From assembly GCF_009914755.1 (NCBI RefSeq), contig NC_060932.1: a stretch of DNA of 64,000 bases; one strand, written 5' to 3'. A model generated the notes under the pieces. That model was not told where the DNA came from. It did no database searches and saw only the letters and a list, made by a program, of their open reading frames with translations. This document shows positions 62,691 to 64,000 of the stretch, piece after piece. The position numbers were made by a program, and so were the translations under genes. The DNA comes from the human T2T-CHM13v2.0 reference genome, Homo sapiens. Numbering within the stretch: position 1 is the first letter of the stretch; each line of letters opens with the position of its first letter.

Positions 62691-64000
62691 GGCAAATCAC
62701 GTTTTCAGTGGGGAAGTGAATAAAAGCTGGTGTCTGTTGCTACATTATACTGTGGCAGACATTCTTGAGTTTTTGTATCTGTCATCAGATAGAGGGCAGT
62801 AGTATGAAAGGAATATGACGAAAAGAAACAATGGCAATTGTCACAAAAGCTTCCACTTGCTCAGGTGAACTGGTTTGTACTCAGTGCTAGGAGAAGCCAT
62901 TGGAATGATTGAGGCCACCATTATTTTTAATTTGCCAGCTACTCACTGTTTCTCATGAAAGAAAAACTGACATTGTTAGTGATCAGAGAGAATTGGATTT
63001 GGTCACTGAAAGACCATACTTATTAATTAAATGGTAAAAATTTATCCGAATATTTATTAAATATAACAGAAAGAAATACATATGGAGGATAACAACCACC
63101 AAGTGGGGAAGTAGAAGAATAATTTGCAAGCTAAAAACTACAAATGGAAAGTGGGAGAGTAGTTTTCATCAATTTTCCATTTTCTCTTTACAGAGAATCT
63201 AGGCTCTTTGTATTATATCTGAGGGAAGGAAAGCATTTTGAAACACAAGAACTCCTTGATTAAAAGACAAATTGAATTTCACCAAAATTTAGCCAATACT
63301 ATTTTAGAGGTTTATTAGAACAATTACACATGAAAATACCCAATACAAAGCAAGTGCTCAAAATATCTTAGTATTGCTTTTATCTTTTTAAGTTTAGAAA
63401 AATATTTAATCTATTTAATAAAATCTTGTCAACAAAAGATTATTGCTGCTAATATTAAAATGTATCATTTCATTTATCTATAGGTATAGGTGGTTTAACA
63501 CAGATCTAGATCCTCCAATCAAAATTCATATGCTTAATGTAGGTAAAGACATGACAGTTCACATTTACATCATAATTGTCAGTTTGTTACATGCAGTATT
63601 CAGCAGCCTTAGGGAACTAAAAGAAGCTAAATGCATTATCTAAAATGCTAGATGAGAAAAGAGTAGTGATATGACTGGATATGAAAGAACACACCAGGCA
63701 TCTTACTGTGATCATATTGTCAATACCATAAGAAAACAGCCATAAGATACCCAGATTCCAACTTATCTATAAATATAGTTTTAATTCTTATATGGTCTCT
63801 TGGCGACGGAATTCTACTGGTACCAAAGAAACTAGCTCATGAATTTCTCCAACATTCCCCTAAAGTAGGCTATTTATTCATTTCTAAGATTCCTGACAAA
63901 GTTTTTAACAAAAAGGAGAGGATAGAGAAATATTTCTAATTGCAGTGAAGTTGGAATCTGACATGATAGTATGATAACAAAAATTAACATAAAATGTTTT

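Overview
Primate (hominoid-type: AluY, L1PA2, L1PA4) AT-rich, repeat-dense, apparently gene-free DNA. I see no host protein-coding exon, RNA gene or CRISPR array. The long ORFs are decayed LINE-1 ORF1/ORF2 pieces, or chance ORFs in LTR and Alu sequence. Contents include a full-length old L1MA (minus strand), a full-length L1PA4, two 5'-inverted (twin-primed) L1s, a complete THE1 MaLR provirus, solo MaLR LTRs, about ten Alus, DNA-transposon fossils (MER81, MER5, Tigger4, MER30), L2/MIR and an ERVL/LTR16 remnant. Subfamily names come from recalled consensus features and are approximate. Most notable: (1) the L1PA4 target-site duplication encloses about 750 bp of foreign DNA containing an older AluJ plus a second L1 3' end (transduction or repair capture); (2) a co-linear endonuclease+RT fossil of an RTE-clade LINE is hidden on the minus strand of 'unique' DNA at about 24.5-30.7 kb; (3) there is a 244-bp ~92% inverted duplication, plus several short locally templated insertions, two with fold-back hairpins, that look like germline break-repair scars. 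I found no evidence of a new gene-encoded system.
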